A stretch of DNA of 51,395 nt from positions 1-51,395 of the forward strand of contig JAGMBS010000005.1 in NCBI GenBank assembly GCA_023129575.1. Reading direction: 5' to 3'. The DNA comes from Minisyncoccota bacterium (GTDB lineage Bacteria; Patescibacteriota; Minisyncoccia; Phycocordibacterales; UBA12079). Below the pieces are notes generated by a model that saw only the letters and a list, made by a program, of their open reading frames with translations, searched no databases and had not been told where the DNA came from. The translations under genes and the position numbers were made by a program. The stretch's first letter is position 1, and each line of letters starts with the position of its first letter. Of this stretch, positions 28,462 to 38,244 are shown piece by piece.

Positions 28462-29268
28462 ATGATAGGTGTTTTTGATTCAGGGTTGGGCGGGTTGACG
28501 ATTCTAAAACAATTTTTGGCGTTTTTGCCGGAGTATAATTATCTTTATTTAGGCGATAATTTGAGAGCCCCTTACGGCAACAAATCACAAAAAGCTATTT
28601 ATAATAACACAAGGCAGGCGGTTGAATTTTTATTTAAAAATAACTGCGAACTGATTATTGTTGCCTGTAATACCGCTTCCGCCCGGGCCTTAAGAAAAAT
28701 TCAGAGGGAATGGCTGCCGAAAAATAATTCTGCGGGAAAGGTTTTGGGAGTAATCACGCCGGTTGTGGAAAAAGCGGCGAAAATCAATCGGGGCAATCGG
28801 ATTGGAGTAATTGGCACCGAAGCCACGATTAGTTCGGGCGCTTACGAAAAAGAATTATCCAAGTTTGGGAGAAATTTAAAAGTTTATAATCAAAAATGTC
28901 CCCGACTTGTTTCTTTGGTTGAAGAGGGAAGAATTAACGGGGCGGAAACAAAAATTATTTTAAAAAAATATCTGCAACCTTTGAAAGACAAAAAAATTGA
29001 TACGCTGATTTTAGCTTGCACCCATTATCCTTTTTTGATTGCTGAAATAGAAAAAATTATGGGAAAAAATTGCCAAATTTTAAATCCGCCCGAGATAGTG
29101 GCCGGCAGATTAAAAGATTATTTAGGGAGACATTTTGAAATTGAAAATAAATTGGGAAAAGCCGGCAAAAGAATTTATCATAGCACCGGCGATTTTCAAA
29201 AATTTAAACAATTTGGCGAAAAGTTTTTAGGGGAAACGATTAAAATCGGGGGACAAATTGAATTATAA
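28462..29268 (+). CDS. murI: Glutamate racemase
   Basis: IGVFDSGLGGL, PYGNK, ACNTAS, LACTHYP. Confidence 0.97.
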   Translation: MIGVFDSGLGGLTILKQFLAFLPEYNYLYLGDNLRAPYGNKSQKAIYNNTRQAVEFLFKNNCELIIVACNTASARALRKIQREWLPKNNSAGKVLGVITPVVEKAAKINRGNRIGVIGTEATISSGAYEKELSKFGRNLKVYNQKCPRLVSLVEEGRINGAETKIILKKYLQPLKDKKIDTLILACTHYPFLIAEIEKIMGKNCQILNPPEIVAGRLKDYLGRHFEIENKLGKAGKRIYHSTGDFQKFKQFGEKFLGETIKIGGQIEL

Positions 29269-29291
29269 TAAAAGTGTTTTTTGTGTCTATA

Positions 29292-29335
29292 TCACGCAAA
29301 TTGAAGGTAGATTTTATGTGAATAGTGATATAATT
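29292..29335 (+). repeat. Promoter-containing 44-bp direct repeat, downstream of murI
   Basis: tcacgcaaattgaaggtagattttatgtgaatagtgatataatt. Confidence 0.8.
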
Positions 29336-29412
29336 GTAAAAAAAAGAAAAACCGATAATTGCAAATTTGGATAATTTACAATTATCGGTTTTAGTATTCG
29401 TAAAAAAGAACA

Positions 29413-30237
29413 TCAAGTTGACAAGCGTAGAACGCGTTTGGAAACAACTTCATAATTCGCTACTCCAATTACCGCTCCGAGTAATCCACCGCAAACGCAC
29501 AGCCCGATTTTTTCCCAGATAGTCACTGACGGAGAAATAAGCCAGATATATGCTACAGCTCCGCCAATAGCCCCATCAATCGCGCAAAGCAATCGTTTGT
29601 TGGAATGAATTAGAATGAAAAGATTTTTCAGGAAACGGCCGGAAAAACAGATTGCCCGGTATATTCCTATGGCTATCCATTTCCACATTGTCCAGAAAAA
29701 AAACAGAGTAATCCCGAAAATTCCTTTAGTCACCCAACGAAAGAAATCACGATAAGTTATGGGTTGCCATGTTTCTCCCGCTTCAACTTGATAACGCTCT
29801 AGAAGTAGATCAGTTTTATATCTTTGCTTTGTTCCAATCTCCACAAGAAGAGAAACGATAATCAAAAAAAACACAACATCCAACATCATAGTGACAGCAA
29901 AACAACTGGTCAGATCAGACTTTGGAAAAAGACGGTAGAAAAACAAGAAAATCAGAACAAAGCAAACTACTGCTGAATGCCAAACCGGATGCGACTTTGT
30001 AAAACATTCTTTGAACAAATGTTTTACAATTTCCCATACCGCGCCACTGCCTTCTTTTGCTAATTTCCAAGCTCTTGGAATTGCCTGTAATACTTCGCGG
30101 AACTCATAAGCGAGGTATCCACCGGCAGAACCGGCTATCAATCCGAGCCACCAAAACATTGGATTTACCGCCACGGCAACTGCCGCGCAAATAAATCCGC
30201 CAATAAAACACGCTGTCGCAATTTTTTTCGTTTCCAT
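29413..30237 (-). CDS. Polytopic membrane hypothetical protein
   Basis: Several hydrophobic Gly-rich helices; SD AAGGAGAGG, own promoter and terminator (29349-29391). Confidence 0.8.
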   Translation of the reverse strand: METKKIATACFIGGFICAAVAVAVNPMFWWLGLIAGSAGGYLAYEFREVLQAIPRAWKLAKEGSGAVWEIVKHLFKECFTKSHPVWHSAVVCFVLIFLFFYRLFPKSDLTSCFAVTMMLDVVFFLIIVSLLVEIGTKQRYKTDLLLERYQVEAGETWQPITYRDFFRWVTKGIFGITLFFFWTMWKWIAIGIYRAICFSGRFLKNLFILIHSNKRLLCAIDGAIGGAVAYIWLISPSVTIWEKIGLCVCGGLLGAVIGVANYEVVSKRVLRLST

Positions 30238-30483
30238 AACCCCTCTCCTTTTCAGTTTTATATAAAATTGTCAAAAGATTTTCTTCAAAATTAAAGAAAA
30301 CCCAAACTTTATCTAAATAGGATTATACATTAATTGTTTTGTTTGTCAAATTTTTGAGTGAGAGAAAAACAGGGTCAGCCATCAGTTATTGTTTTTTTAG
30401 ATTTTGGTTCATGAGTTGGCGGAGGATTTATTTATCCACTTTTTACTGTTTTTTAATATCATTTTTTGTTATAATCAAATCAA

Positions 30484-30951
30484 ATGACTAAGAAAACAAC
30501 TTATACTGCCGGCAATGTCGCGAAGTATTTTATTTATCTTGCTTCACAAGAATTTGTCGGAGACGATAAAGAGCGCGAGGGGATAACAAATCTTAAATTG
30601 CAAAAGATTTTGTATTTTGCGCAGGCGTATTATCTCGCGAAACTCGGCAGACCGCTGTTTTCCGACAACATTGAGGCGTGGGAATATGGTCCGGTGGTGC
30701 CTGTCGTGTATAGAAAATATAAAATAAACAAAAGCAATCCAATCATAGACGAAAAAGATAAATCTTCTCTTTCTGTTGAGGATAAAAAAATTGTCCGAAA
30801 AATATGGGATTCTTTTGGGGGATATTCCACCAGTCGGTTAGTTGATATTACACACGCTCACACTCCCTGGAGAGAGGCAAATAAATCGACTTCTCAAATT
30901 ATTCATCATAAAACAATAAGAGAATATTACGCTCCGTTGCTAAATAAATAG
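30484..30951 (+). CDS. Panacea (DUF4065/SocA/GepA) antitoxin
   Basis: ITNLKLQKILYFAQ, IEAWEYGPVV, L..ITH..TPW. Confidence 0.92.
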   Translation: MTKKTTYTAGNVAKYFIYLASQEFVGDDKEREGITNLKLQKILYFAQAYYLAKLGRPLFSDNIEAWEYGPVVPVVYRKYKINKSNPIIDEKDKSSLSVEDKKIVRKIWDSFGGYSTSRLVDITHAHTPWREANKSTSQIIHHKTIREYYAPLLNK

Positions 30952-30964
30952 GCAAGGAAACGAT

Positions 30965-31369
30965 TTGCTTATGAATGCATTTGAAACTCCGAGCAAATTT
31001 GATCTTAAACATACCGAATCCAAGGTATGTTTTTCTATATGTGATTGTTCTTTGGATAAAAAATATTCTTTTTACGGTTTAAGTCGCGAGCAAGCCACAA
31101 AATTTTTAAAAAGATTGCAACATATAGAAAAACTTACATGGGGACAATTTATGAGTTTGCTTCGTGGCAAGGGGGCAACTAAGGAAAAAAGAAATAGTGG
31201 TAATTTTGATTTAATTCATAATGAAAATACTTCTGAAAGAATGCTGATGGAACAATATTATTTTCATTTTCGCATAGAACAAATAGGGCTGTTTCGTATT
31301 TTTGGATACCAAAGAGACCAATTTTTTTGTATCACGCATATTGATCCGAGCGGAAAAATAAATCATTAA
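30965..31369 (+). CDS. Putative toxin paired with the Panacea antitoxin (RelE-like mRNase signature)
   Basis: FHFRI....RIFGY....F.ITHIDP..KI C-terminus; operonic with DUF4065. Confidence 0.65.
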   Translation: MLMNAFETPSKFDLKHTESKVCFSICDCSLDKKYSFYGLSREQATKFLKRLQHIEKLTWGQFMSLLRGKGATKEKRNSGNFDLIHNENTSERMLMEQYYFHFRIEQIGLFRIFGYQRDQFFCITHIDPSGKINH

Positions 31370-31514
31370 ATGTAGTACGAATAGCACGCGCAAATTTGTT
31401 TTTTTGCGTCTCACCTTTTGAGTTGAATTAATTTCGGATTACAAAAAAAAGACGGGTTTTGCTTTGCAAAACCCGTCTTTTTTTGAACGGCTCGACAGCT
31501 TGAGCCATTCGTTT

Positions 31515-32096
31515 TTATTTCTTAGGTTGCAAGATTTTGTCGATGATGCCGTATTTTTTGGCGTCGTCGGCGGTCATATAATAATCGCGGTCCACATCTT
31601 TTTGAATTTGGCTGATCGGTTTGCCGGTATTGTCAGCTAAAATTTTGTTCATTAATTCCCGTTGTTTGATAATGTGCCTGGCGGAGATTTCAATGTCAGT
31701 GGCTTGTCCCTGAACTCCGCCCAGCGGTTGGTGAATCATAACTTCAGCGTTTGGCAAAGCGAATCTTTTTCCTTTTTTGCCAACTGACAAAAGAATAGAC
31801 GCCATCGAGGCGGCCACCCCGACGCAAATGGTGGAAACATCCGGTTTGATATGTTTGATAGTGTCGTAAAGAGCCAAGCCGGCGCTGACATAGCCCCCGG
31901 GGGAATTGATATAAAGAGAAATATCTTTTTTGGGGTCTTCTGATTCAAGAAAAAGAAGCTGCGCGACAATGGTGTTGGCAACCTGGTCGTCAATCGGCCC
32001 GCCTAAAAAGATAATTCTTTCTTTTAAGAGGCGAGAGTAAATATCATACGCTCGTTCGCCGAATTGTGATTTTTCTATAACGGTTGGAATTAACAT
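31515..32096 (-). CDS. clpP: ATP-dependent Clp protease proteolytic subunit
   Basis: [35 protein letters not shown]. Confidence 0.98.
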   Translation of the reverse strand: MLIPTVIEKSQFGERAYDIYSRLLKERIIFLGGPIDDQVANTIVAQLLFLESEDPKKDISLYINSPGGYVSAGLALYDTIKHIKPDVSTICVGVAASMASILLSVGKKGKRFALPNAEVMIHQPLGGVQGQATDIEISARHIIKQRELMNKILADNTGKPISQIQKDVDRDYYMTADDAKKYGIIDKILQPKK

Positions 32097-32129
32097 AAAT
32101 ATGTATTAAGTATTAAGTATTATGTATTA
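32094..32129 (-). repeat. (TAATACW)4 heptamer block abutting the clpP start codon
   Basis: Matches 13848-13883 with 1 mismatch. Confidence 0.8.
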
Positions 32130-32303
32130 AAACATAAAATTGCGGGGAAAACAATGTTATGTTTTTTTGCAATGTCAAATTATTTCAAAATCCAAAGTAC
32201 TCCAAATAAAGTTCAAATGTCAAAATTCAAACGCTAAAATTTTGACATTTGATTTTTGAATTTGATTTGGAATAATTTGGAATACTTTGATATTTGAAAT
32301 TAT

Positions 32304-33356
32304 TTAAGCTTTTTCTAAAAGCTTAAATACTTCCTGATTTGACAAAACCATCTCCACATAGGGCCGGATATTTTCCTCTTTAATTTGTTCATTTTGATTG
32401 GGGACTTTTCGGTGTTGTTCCAAGATTGCCGCCACATTTTTTTTGATTTCTTCCTCGGTCGGCTTTATTTTTTCCTCTTTGATAATTTTGTCCAAAATCA
32501 TTTGGATTTTAGCGCGTTTTTCCGCTTCGGGAGCAAGTTCTTTTCGCAAATCCTCCTCGGTTTTTTTAAGATGTTCCAGATATTTATCAAATTTCAGCCC
32601 CATTCGGGAAATATCGTTTTTGACCTGAGCGAACATTCTTTCCGTTTCAGTGGCGATAATAATTTCCGGCAAGACAATTTTTGTTTCCGCCAAAAGGCCG
32701 TCTATAATTCGCGCTCTTTTGTTTTCGCGCGCGCGCTGTTCTTTTTTCTGTTTGATATTTTCCCTGATTTTATTTTTGAAGTCGGCGACATTTTTGAAAG
32801 CGCCCATTTTTTTAACAAATTCGTCCGTCAATTCCGGTAATTTCGGCGTATCTGTTTTTTCACCGCCTTTTTTAATCTGGGGAGCTTCAACCTTCCCAGA
32901 TTTTGTTCTTTGAATTTGTGCGATAGCGTCCGCGACTTCTTTGTCAAGAACTTCAATTTTTTCTTGTTTTTCGCCGTTAATTTTTTGGGCGATTTTTTTG
33001 TAATCAGGCAAAAGGCATTCCGGCAGAACGGCGGTTTTAATTTTGAATTCCACGGGATTGCCGGGCGCCATTTTGGTAATGGTAATTTGGGGCCGGCCGA
33101 TGGCGTCAATTTTATTTTTTAAAATCAGGACGGGATAAATGTCGGACAAGGCCATTTCCGCCGTCTCGTTCAAGAAAGGCATTTCTCCGATTTTAGCGAG
33201 CAAAATATTTTCCGGAATATGCCCTTTCCTAAATCCGTCTATAGCAATTTCAGCTCCCAATTTTTTCAGCGCTCTTTCTTTATATTTATTCAGTTCTTCC
33301 ACCGAAATTGAGGATTCAATCTCCACCATAGATTTTTCCAGTTTTGTTATTTTCAT
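32304..33356 (-). CDS. tig: Trigger factor lacking most of the FKBP domain
   Basis: IDGFRKGHIP ribosome-binding motif, LPELTDEF; 350 aa; upstream of clpP. Confidence 0.93.
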   Translation of the reverse strand: MKITKLEKSMVEIESSISVEELNKYKERALKKLGAEIAIDGFRKGHIPENILLAKIGEMPFLNETAEMALSDIYPVLILKNKIDAIGRPQITITKMAPGNPVEFKIKTAVLPECLLPDYKKIAQKINGEKQEKIEVLDKEVADAIAQIQRTKSGKVEAPQIKKGGEKTDTPKLPELTDEFVKKMGAFKNVADFKNKIRENIKQKKEQRARENKRARIIDGLLAETKIVLPEIIIATETERMFAQVKNDISRMGLKFDKYLEHLKKTEEDLRKELAPEAEKRAKIQMILDKIIKEEKIKPTEEEIKKNVAAILEQHRKVPNQNEQIKEENIRPYVEMVLSNQEVFKLLEKA

Positions 33357-33455
33357 AATTAGAGATTGAGAGTTTTAGACGATTAGAAACTAATGAAAAC
33401 CTCCTTATTGGATATAAGGAGGTTTTCAGTATACACTTTTTTGGAGCAATTGCCA

Positions 33456-33785
33456 TTAATCAACCTGATTGGCGTCAATGTCAATCGCGTCAATGTCGGT
33501 CATCTCCAAATCCGCTTCAATGTCGCCGAGTTCATCCGACTCCGAGACATCGCCCAGAGCTTCTGTGGCGGGGTCCGCAATTTCTGCGGCGTCTTCCGCC
33601 GCCGGAACGGCCTCATCCTCAATTTGAGGAGTTATTTTAGAACCCCAAAAATATAAACCGCCTATAATAAGAATCACGATAATAATTATAACACCGACCA
33701 GCGACCCGGTTTGTTTTTTGCCGCTTGTTTCTTCCGGCATATCCGGAGTAGTTTCTTCCACTTCTCCTTGATTTTGTTCATCCAT
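33456..33785 (-). CDS. Acidic single-TM hypothetical protein
   Basis: GSLVGVIIIIVILIIGGLYFWG followed by an acidic tail. Confidence 0.8.
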   Translation of the reverse strand: MDEQNQGEVEETTPDMPEETSGKKQTGSLVGVIIIIVILIIGGLYFWGSKITPQIEDEAVPAAEDAAEIADPATEALGDVSESDELGDIEADLEMTDIDAIDIDANQVD

Positions 33786-33869
33786 AATTTTTTAGGAGCT
33801 TGGCTCCTAATTATTTGTTATTAAATCTGCGGTGACCTGCCTCAGATTATATTTTTGATAATATGATAA

Positions 33870-34748
33870 TTAATCTGCTTGTTCTTCTGTTTCGGGGCTT
33901 TCCTCTTTGTTCTCCTCGTTTTTTAGAACGGCTTCCCGCATCGCTTTGACGCTTTGAACTAATTGAATATGGATATTTCTGATTTCCTTTTTGAGCAAAA
34001 ATGTTTGTTGCCTAAAATCCGCGAATAATTCGCGCGCGTTGGTTTCGGAAGATTCTAAAGCGTCTTTTGTCTCGCTCCGCATCGTTTCCACCTGTCCTTT
34101 GATTGTTTCCAAACTTTCCCCGGCTGATTCTATGGCCAGAGTGGCGGTTGTCATATCAAGGCCTTTTTCCGCCAGTTTGATTATTCTTGTCTCAATTCGG
34201 CCTTTGATTTGACTTTCTCTTTTGAGTAGAGCGTAAAATCTTTGGGAAACATTTTTAACATAATTTCCCATTCTGGCGACAAATGTATTCAAAACCTTTT
34301 TTTGAACTTGAACGCGCTCTTGTCCCAATCCTTTCTTTTCAGCGGCTTCTTTTTTCCTTAATAAATTGCCCTCTTCTTGCATTTGTGTTTTCTTGTTCTT
34401 TCTCTCTGTCTCTCTTTTCATTTCCATTTCTTTTTGCAGTTTGTCTTTGTAAGTCGCGTTTAATGCCGGCGCGGGCTTTTTATCTTGAATGTCTGTCTTA
34501 AAAAATATTCTTTGGTAGCCGCTTTTTATTTTTTCTTTCAGAGACGTGTTCGTTTTGGTTTGAATTGGAAGCGCGGCCGGCTTAGGCGCTTCTACGCTGC
34601 TTTTATAAATTTTGTTTGTTTGTTCAATTTCTTTTACAGGAACAGGTTTTTTAATTTCTTCCGCGGAAACATAATTCACGGCCACGGCGCAAAAACTCAA
34701 AAACAATATTGCGGACACTAAACAGAATCGGAATTTATTTTTGTTCAT
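33870..34748 (-). CDS. Secreted coiled-coil hypothetical protein
   Basis: Signal-peptide-like N-terminus; helical K/E-rich body. Confidence 0.8.
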   Translation of the reverse strand: MNKNKFRFCLVSAILFLSFCAVAVNYVSAEEIKKPVPVKEIEQTNKIYKSSVEAPKPAALPIQTKTNTSLKEKIKSGYQRIFFKTDIQDKKPAPALNATYKDKLQKEMEMKRETERKNKKTQMQEEGNLLRKKEAAEKKGLGQERVQVQKKVLNTFVARMGNYVKNVSQRFYALLKRESQIKGRIETRIIKLAEKGLDMTTATLAIESAGESLETIKGQVETMRSETKDALESSETNARELFADFRQQTFLLKKEIRNIHIQLVQSVKAMREAVLKNEENKEESPETEEQAD

Positions 34749-34848
34749 AATATTTTTTCTAAAATGCTAATTAAAAATACTTTATACTCTTGTTAGATTA
34801 TATAGAAAAACAAAGAAAAAATAAAACAAGGTTGTGGATAAGGCACGA

Positions 34849-35379
34849 TTATTCAGTTTTGTCAAATTTTTCTTTATACATCATAATGCTCTTCGCGAAA
34901 GCGTCTTGCGCCGCTCGCTTATTTTGAAAACCGCGGACAGTCACCTCTTTTTCTTGTATTTTTTTGTAGGTTGAAAAAAAGTGGTGGATTTCTTTGAGCG
35001 TGTGTTTGTTGATGTCTTCCAAATCTTGAACCTCGTCCCAGCGCGGGTCGTCAATCGGAACGGCGATAATTTTATCGTCATTATCGCCCGCATCAATCAT
35101 ATTCATTAAAGCGATCGGCCGGACACGGACAAGAATGCCCGGATTGATAGGGTAAGTGGTTAAAATAATTACATCCAGCGCGTCGCCGTCGTCATAATAA
35201 GTTTGGGGGACAAAACCGTAATCAAAAGGGCAATCCTGGGCGGTGTGATAAACGCGGTCTAAGGCGATTAGACCCGTCTCTTTGTCAATTTCGTATTTGT
35301 TTTTGGAGCCGCGGTTAATTTCAACGATAGTATTTATTATTTCTTTGTTGCCGGGCGCGACATCATGCCATAGGTTCAT
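34849..35379 (-). CDS. ppa: Inorganic pyrophosphatase (family I)
   Basis: KYEIDK, LDRV, DYGFVPQT, DGDALDV, DDKIIAV. Confidence 0.97.
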   Translation of the reverse strand: MNLWHDVAPGNKEIINTIVEINRGSKNKYEIDKETGLIALDRVYHTAQDCPFDYGFVPQTYYDDGDALDVIILTTYPINPGILVRVRPIALMNMIDAGDNDDKIIAVPIDDPRWDEVQDLEDINKHTLKEIHHFFSTYKKIQEKEVTVRGFQNKRAAQDAFAKSIMMYKEKFDKTE

Positions 35380-35588
35380 AATTATAATTTAGTTAAATAA
35401 TAATTTTAATTGTTTAAGGAATTTAATCTAAAAACTTAAACATTTTTCAAATAATTATTTCAAAATCCAAGTTATTCCAAATTATTCAAATCAAATCCAA
35501 ATGACAAAATCTAAAATTTTTTTGACATTTAGTTTTTGGATTTCATTTGGAACAATTTAAGCTTTGGGCTTTGAAATTTGCCTACAGT

Positions 35589-36806
35589 TTATTCTGCGTC
35601 ACTCCCGGCTTTATTATCTGCGGACTCACTATCATCACTGTTTGCCTCGTTTCTTCCCGTTCCGCGGATGTCAATTTTCCAGCCGGTTAAACGGGCGGCG
35701 AGCCGAACATTTTGCCCGCCTTTGCCAATCGCCAGCGACTGCTGGTCTTCCGAGACCTCCACCACGGCCTTTTTTTCCTCCTCGTTCAATTCAATGCCGA
35801 TTATTTGGGCGGGGGAAAGAGCCTCCGCGATAAATTTTTCGGGGTCCTCCGACCACTCTATAATATCAATTTTTTCTCCTCCCAATTCGCTCATAACAGT
35901 GGAGACCCGAACGCCCCTTTGCCCTACCAGCGAACCGATCGGGTCAATATTTTCATCATTGGAATGAACGGCTATTTTGGACCGGGAACCGGCCTCTCTG
36001 ACAATGGCCTTAATTTCCACGGTACCGCTGGCTATTTCCGGAACTTCCATTTCAAATAATTTGCGCAAAAATTGCGGGTGGGCGCGGGACAGCCGCAAAA
36101 AAACTCCGCGGGGCGTTTCTTCCACCGAATATAAATAAGCGCGCATTCTTTCTCCGGGTCTGTATCTTTCCGACTGAATTTGTTCCGAGTAAGGCAAGAC
36201 CCCGGTGGCTCTGTGCAAATCCACGAAAATATTTCCTCTTTCTACCCGTTGGATTATCCCGCTGACAATTTCGCCCTGTTTGCCGTCAAATTCTTTGGAA
36301 ATGGATATTTTTTCGGCCTCCCTTATTTTTTGAATGATAGTTTGTTTGGCGGTTTGCGCCGCGATCCGCCCAAAATCGCTTTTTGTTTCCAGAGGAAAAA
36401 TAATTTCCTCATCCAATTGGGCGTCTTTTTTAATTTTTTTGGCGTCTTCCATCAAAATATGGTGTTCCGGATTGAAGTGGGCTCTTTCATCTTGCTTGTC
36501 CTCCGCAGTTTTCTTGCCCTTCGTAGCTTCAGCGGAGAAGGGAGCGGAGGAGGATTCGTCGGGGAGAGACGCTTCTTCCTCCATTTTAACCACGCTTTCA
36601 TCAACGACTATTTTAATTTGGGAGAACTCGGCAGTGCCCGTCTGAATGTCAAATTTGGCTCGGATTATTTGGCCCCGCTTGCCGTATTCTTTTTTGTAAG
36701 CGCTCGCCAAAGCCATTTCAATGGCTTCTATTATTTTCGCGCGCGGGATATTTTTTTCCTGTTCCATTTGGTCCAGAACGGAATGAATTGTTTTTAAGTC
36801 AAACAT
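35589..36806 (-). CDS. nusA: Transcription termination/antitermination factor NusA
   Basis: FGRIAAQTAKQ, FEMEVPEI, REAGSRSKIAV, SLAIGKGGQNVRLAARLTGWKIDI. Confidence 0.98.
   Translation of the reverse strand: MFDLKTIHSVLDQMEQEKNIPRAKIIEAIEMALASAYKKEYGKRGQIIRAKFDIQTGTAEFSQIKIVVDESVVKMEEEASLPDESSSAPFSAEATKGKKTAEDKQDERAHFNPEHHILMEDAKKIKKDAQLDEEIIFPLETKSDFGRIAAQTAKQTIIQKIREAEKISISKEFDGKQGEIVSGIIQRVERGNIFVDLHRATGVLPYSEQIQSERYRPGERMRAYLYSVEETPRGVFLRLSRAHPQFLRKLFEMEVPEIASGTVEIKAIVREAGSRSKIAVHSNDENIDPIGSLVGQRGVRVSTVMSELGGEKIDIIEWSEDPEKFIAEALSPAQIIGIELNEEEKKAVVEVSEDQQSLAIGKGGQNVRLAARLTGWKIDIRGTGRNEANSDDSESADNKAGSDAE
36491..36553 (-). repeat. Nested CCTCCGCTAAAGCTACGGAGG-family elements in-frame in nusA
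   Basis: Outer copy cctcctccgct...aaaactgcggaggacaagcaag is interrupted by a 30-nt inner copy cccttctccgctgaagctacgaagggcaag. Confidence 0.75.
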
Positions 36807-37042
36807 ATAATTAGTTAATTAGGTTTTAGGGAAATAGAGGAAAATTCGCGAAGCGAATTTTCCTCCTTTGTTCTTAAGTTTTAAAATTTTAATAAAAACA
36901 GTCCGCTGGCAAGCGAACCGATTACTTTCATCTCAATCAATAAAATTTAGAATACCATTTTGGCGAACAAAACGCAAATTTTTGTTTATCCACAGTTTCT
37001 TATTTAGGAGTTTCAGAATTTGAGATGTATAATCAAGCGTGA

Positions 37043-38218
37043 ATGAAAAAGGTAAAGTTTGACGTTGGCAAAATAATTTGGACAAGCGTCGCGGTGGCGA
37101 TTGTGTTTTTTGTGCTTGTGATATCGGTGATTGACGACGGCCAATATACTTTGCGCCAAGCCGAGGCGGGGAGCGAACATAATGTTTCCGGCTACGCTTG
37201 GAGCGACAATATCGGCTGGATTAGTTTTAATTGTTTGGACGCGGGGACCTGCGGGACCGCTAATTACGGAGTGAATATCGCGATAAACGGAAATATGTCC
37301 GGTTACGCTTGGAGCGACAATATCGGCTGGATTTCATTTAATGAGAGTGATTTAAGCGGATGTCCTATTCCGAATGACGACGAATGCAAAGCCAAATTGA
37401 CCGGCAGTCATTTAAGCGGTTGGGCGAAGGCCTTGGCGGGCGAGGAGGCGGCTGACGGTTGGGACGGCTGGATAAGTTTGGGAAAACAAACCGGTGAAAC
37501 AATAGATTACGGTGTGGATTTGGTCGGAGACAATTTTGAGGGATACGCCTGGGGAGACGAGGTGGTTGGCTGGATTCAATTTAATCCGGCTTACGGAGGG
37601 GTGGTCTGCGAAGAGGGAACAGTGGTTATAGATTCGTTTTATGTGAATAACATCCAGACCGGTTTTAATCCGAGTGCGACTTGGACAACGACAGACGCTA
37701 ACAAATGCAAGGGCGATTGGACAACGGGGAATATTTGTTCTTCCGTCGCGGATTGCGCGAGCGTGGTTAATTTTGAAATTGATCAGCCGATGCCGGCCGG
37801 AGGAATGACTTATACTTTAACCTGCTATGGTCTGGGGGGGACAGCTTCCGAGAGCGTTAGTCCGGCGGCGTATTTTGAATTAACGGGAAATCCCGCGGAG
37901 ATGGACGCGGTGTTTACGGGCGGCGGCGCCACCACAACACCGATAAACATTAGTGTCGTGTCAATGAATGGTTTTAATAATAATGTGACTTTGTCCGCCG
38001 ATCTCGGTTCTTTGCCAAGCGGTTCCGCGGCGATTTTTTCCGACACCGTATTGGCTTTTTCTGAATACGGCGCCGGCTCAGAATTGAAAATATATATACC
38101 GGAGCCGATTTCCGGTTCTTATGATATAGAAATATCGGGCAACGGCCAGGATGTTATTATGATATTGGATATAGTTATAAACGCCACGGGCATTGCTCCG
38201 GTTTTTGAAGAAATATAA
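37043..38218 (+). CDS. Surface protein with GYAWSxNIGWISF repeats and an Ig-like C-terminus
   Basis: N-terminal TM/signal; GYAWSDNIGWISF x2, GWDGWIS, GYAWGDEVVGWIQF. Confidence 0.85.
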   Translation: MKKVKFDVGKIIWTSVAVAIVFFVLVISVIDDGQYTLRQAEAGSEHNVSGYAWSDNIGWISFNCLDAGTCGTANYGVNIAINGNMSGYAWSDNIGWISFNESDLSGCPIPNDDECKAKLTGSHLSGWAKALAGEEAADGWDGWISLGKQTGETIDYGVDLVGDNFEGYAWGDEVVGWIQFNPAYGGVVCEEGTVVIDSFYVNNIQTGFNPSATWTTTDANKCKGDWTTGNICSSVADCASVVNFEIDQPMPAGGMTYTLTCYGLGGTASESVSPAAYFELTGNPAEMDAVFTGGGATTTPINISVVSMNGFNNNVTLSADLGSLPSGSAAIFSDTVLAFSEYGAGSELKIYIPEPISGSYDIEISGNGQDVIMILDIVINATGIAPVFEEI

Positions 38219-38244
38219 TCCATTAATTTTAAATTTGCGATATT

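Noticed and set aside
37187-37333. Direct repeat inside the 37043 gene as a recombination site
   Set aside because: Explained by the protein repeat GYAWSDNIGWISF.
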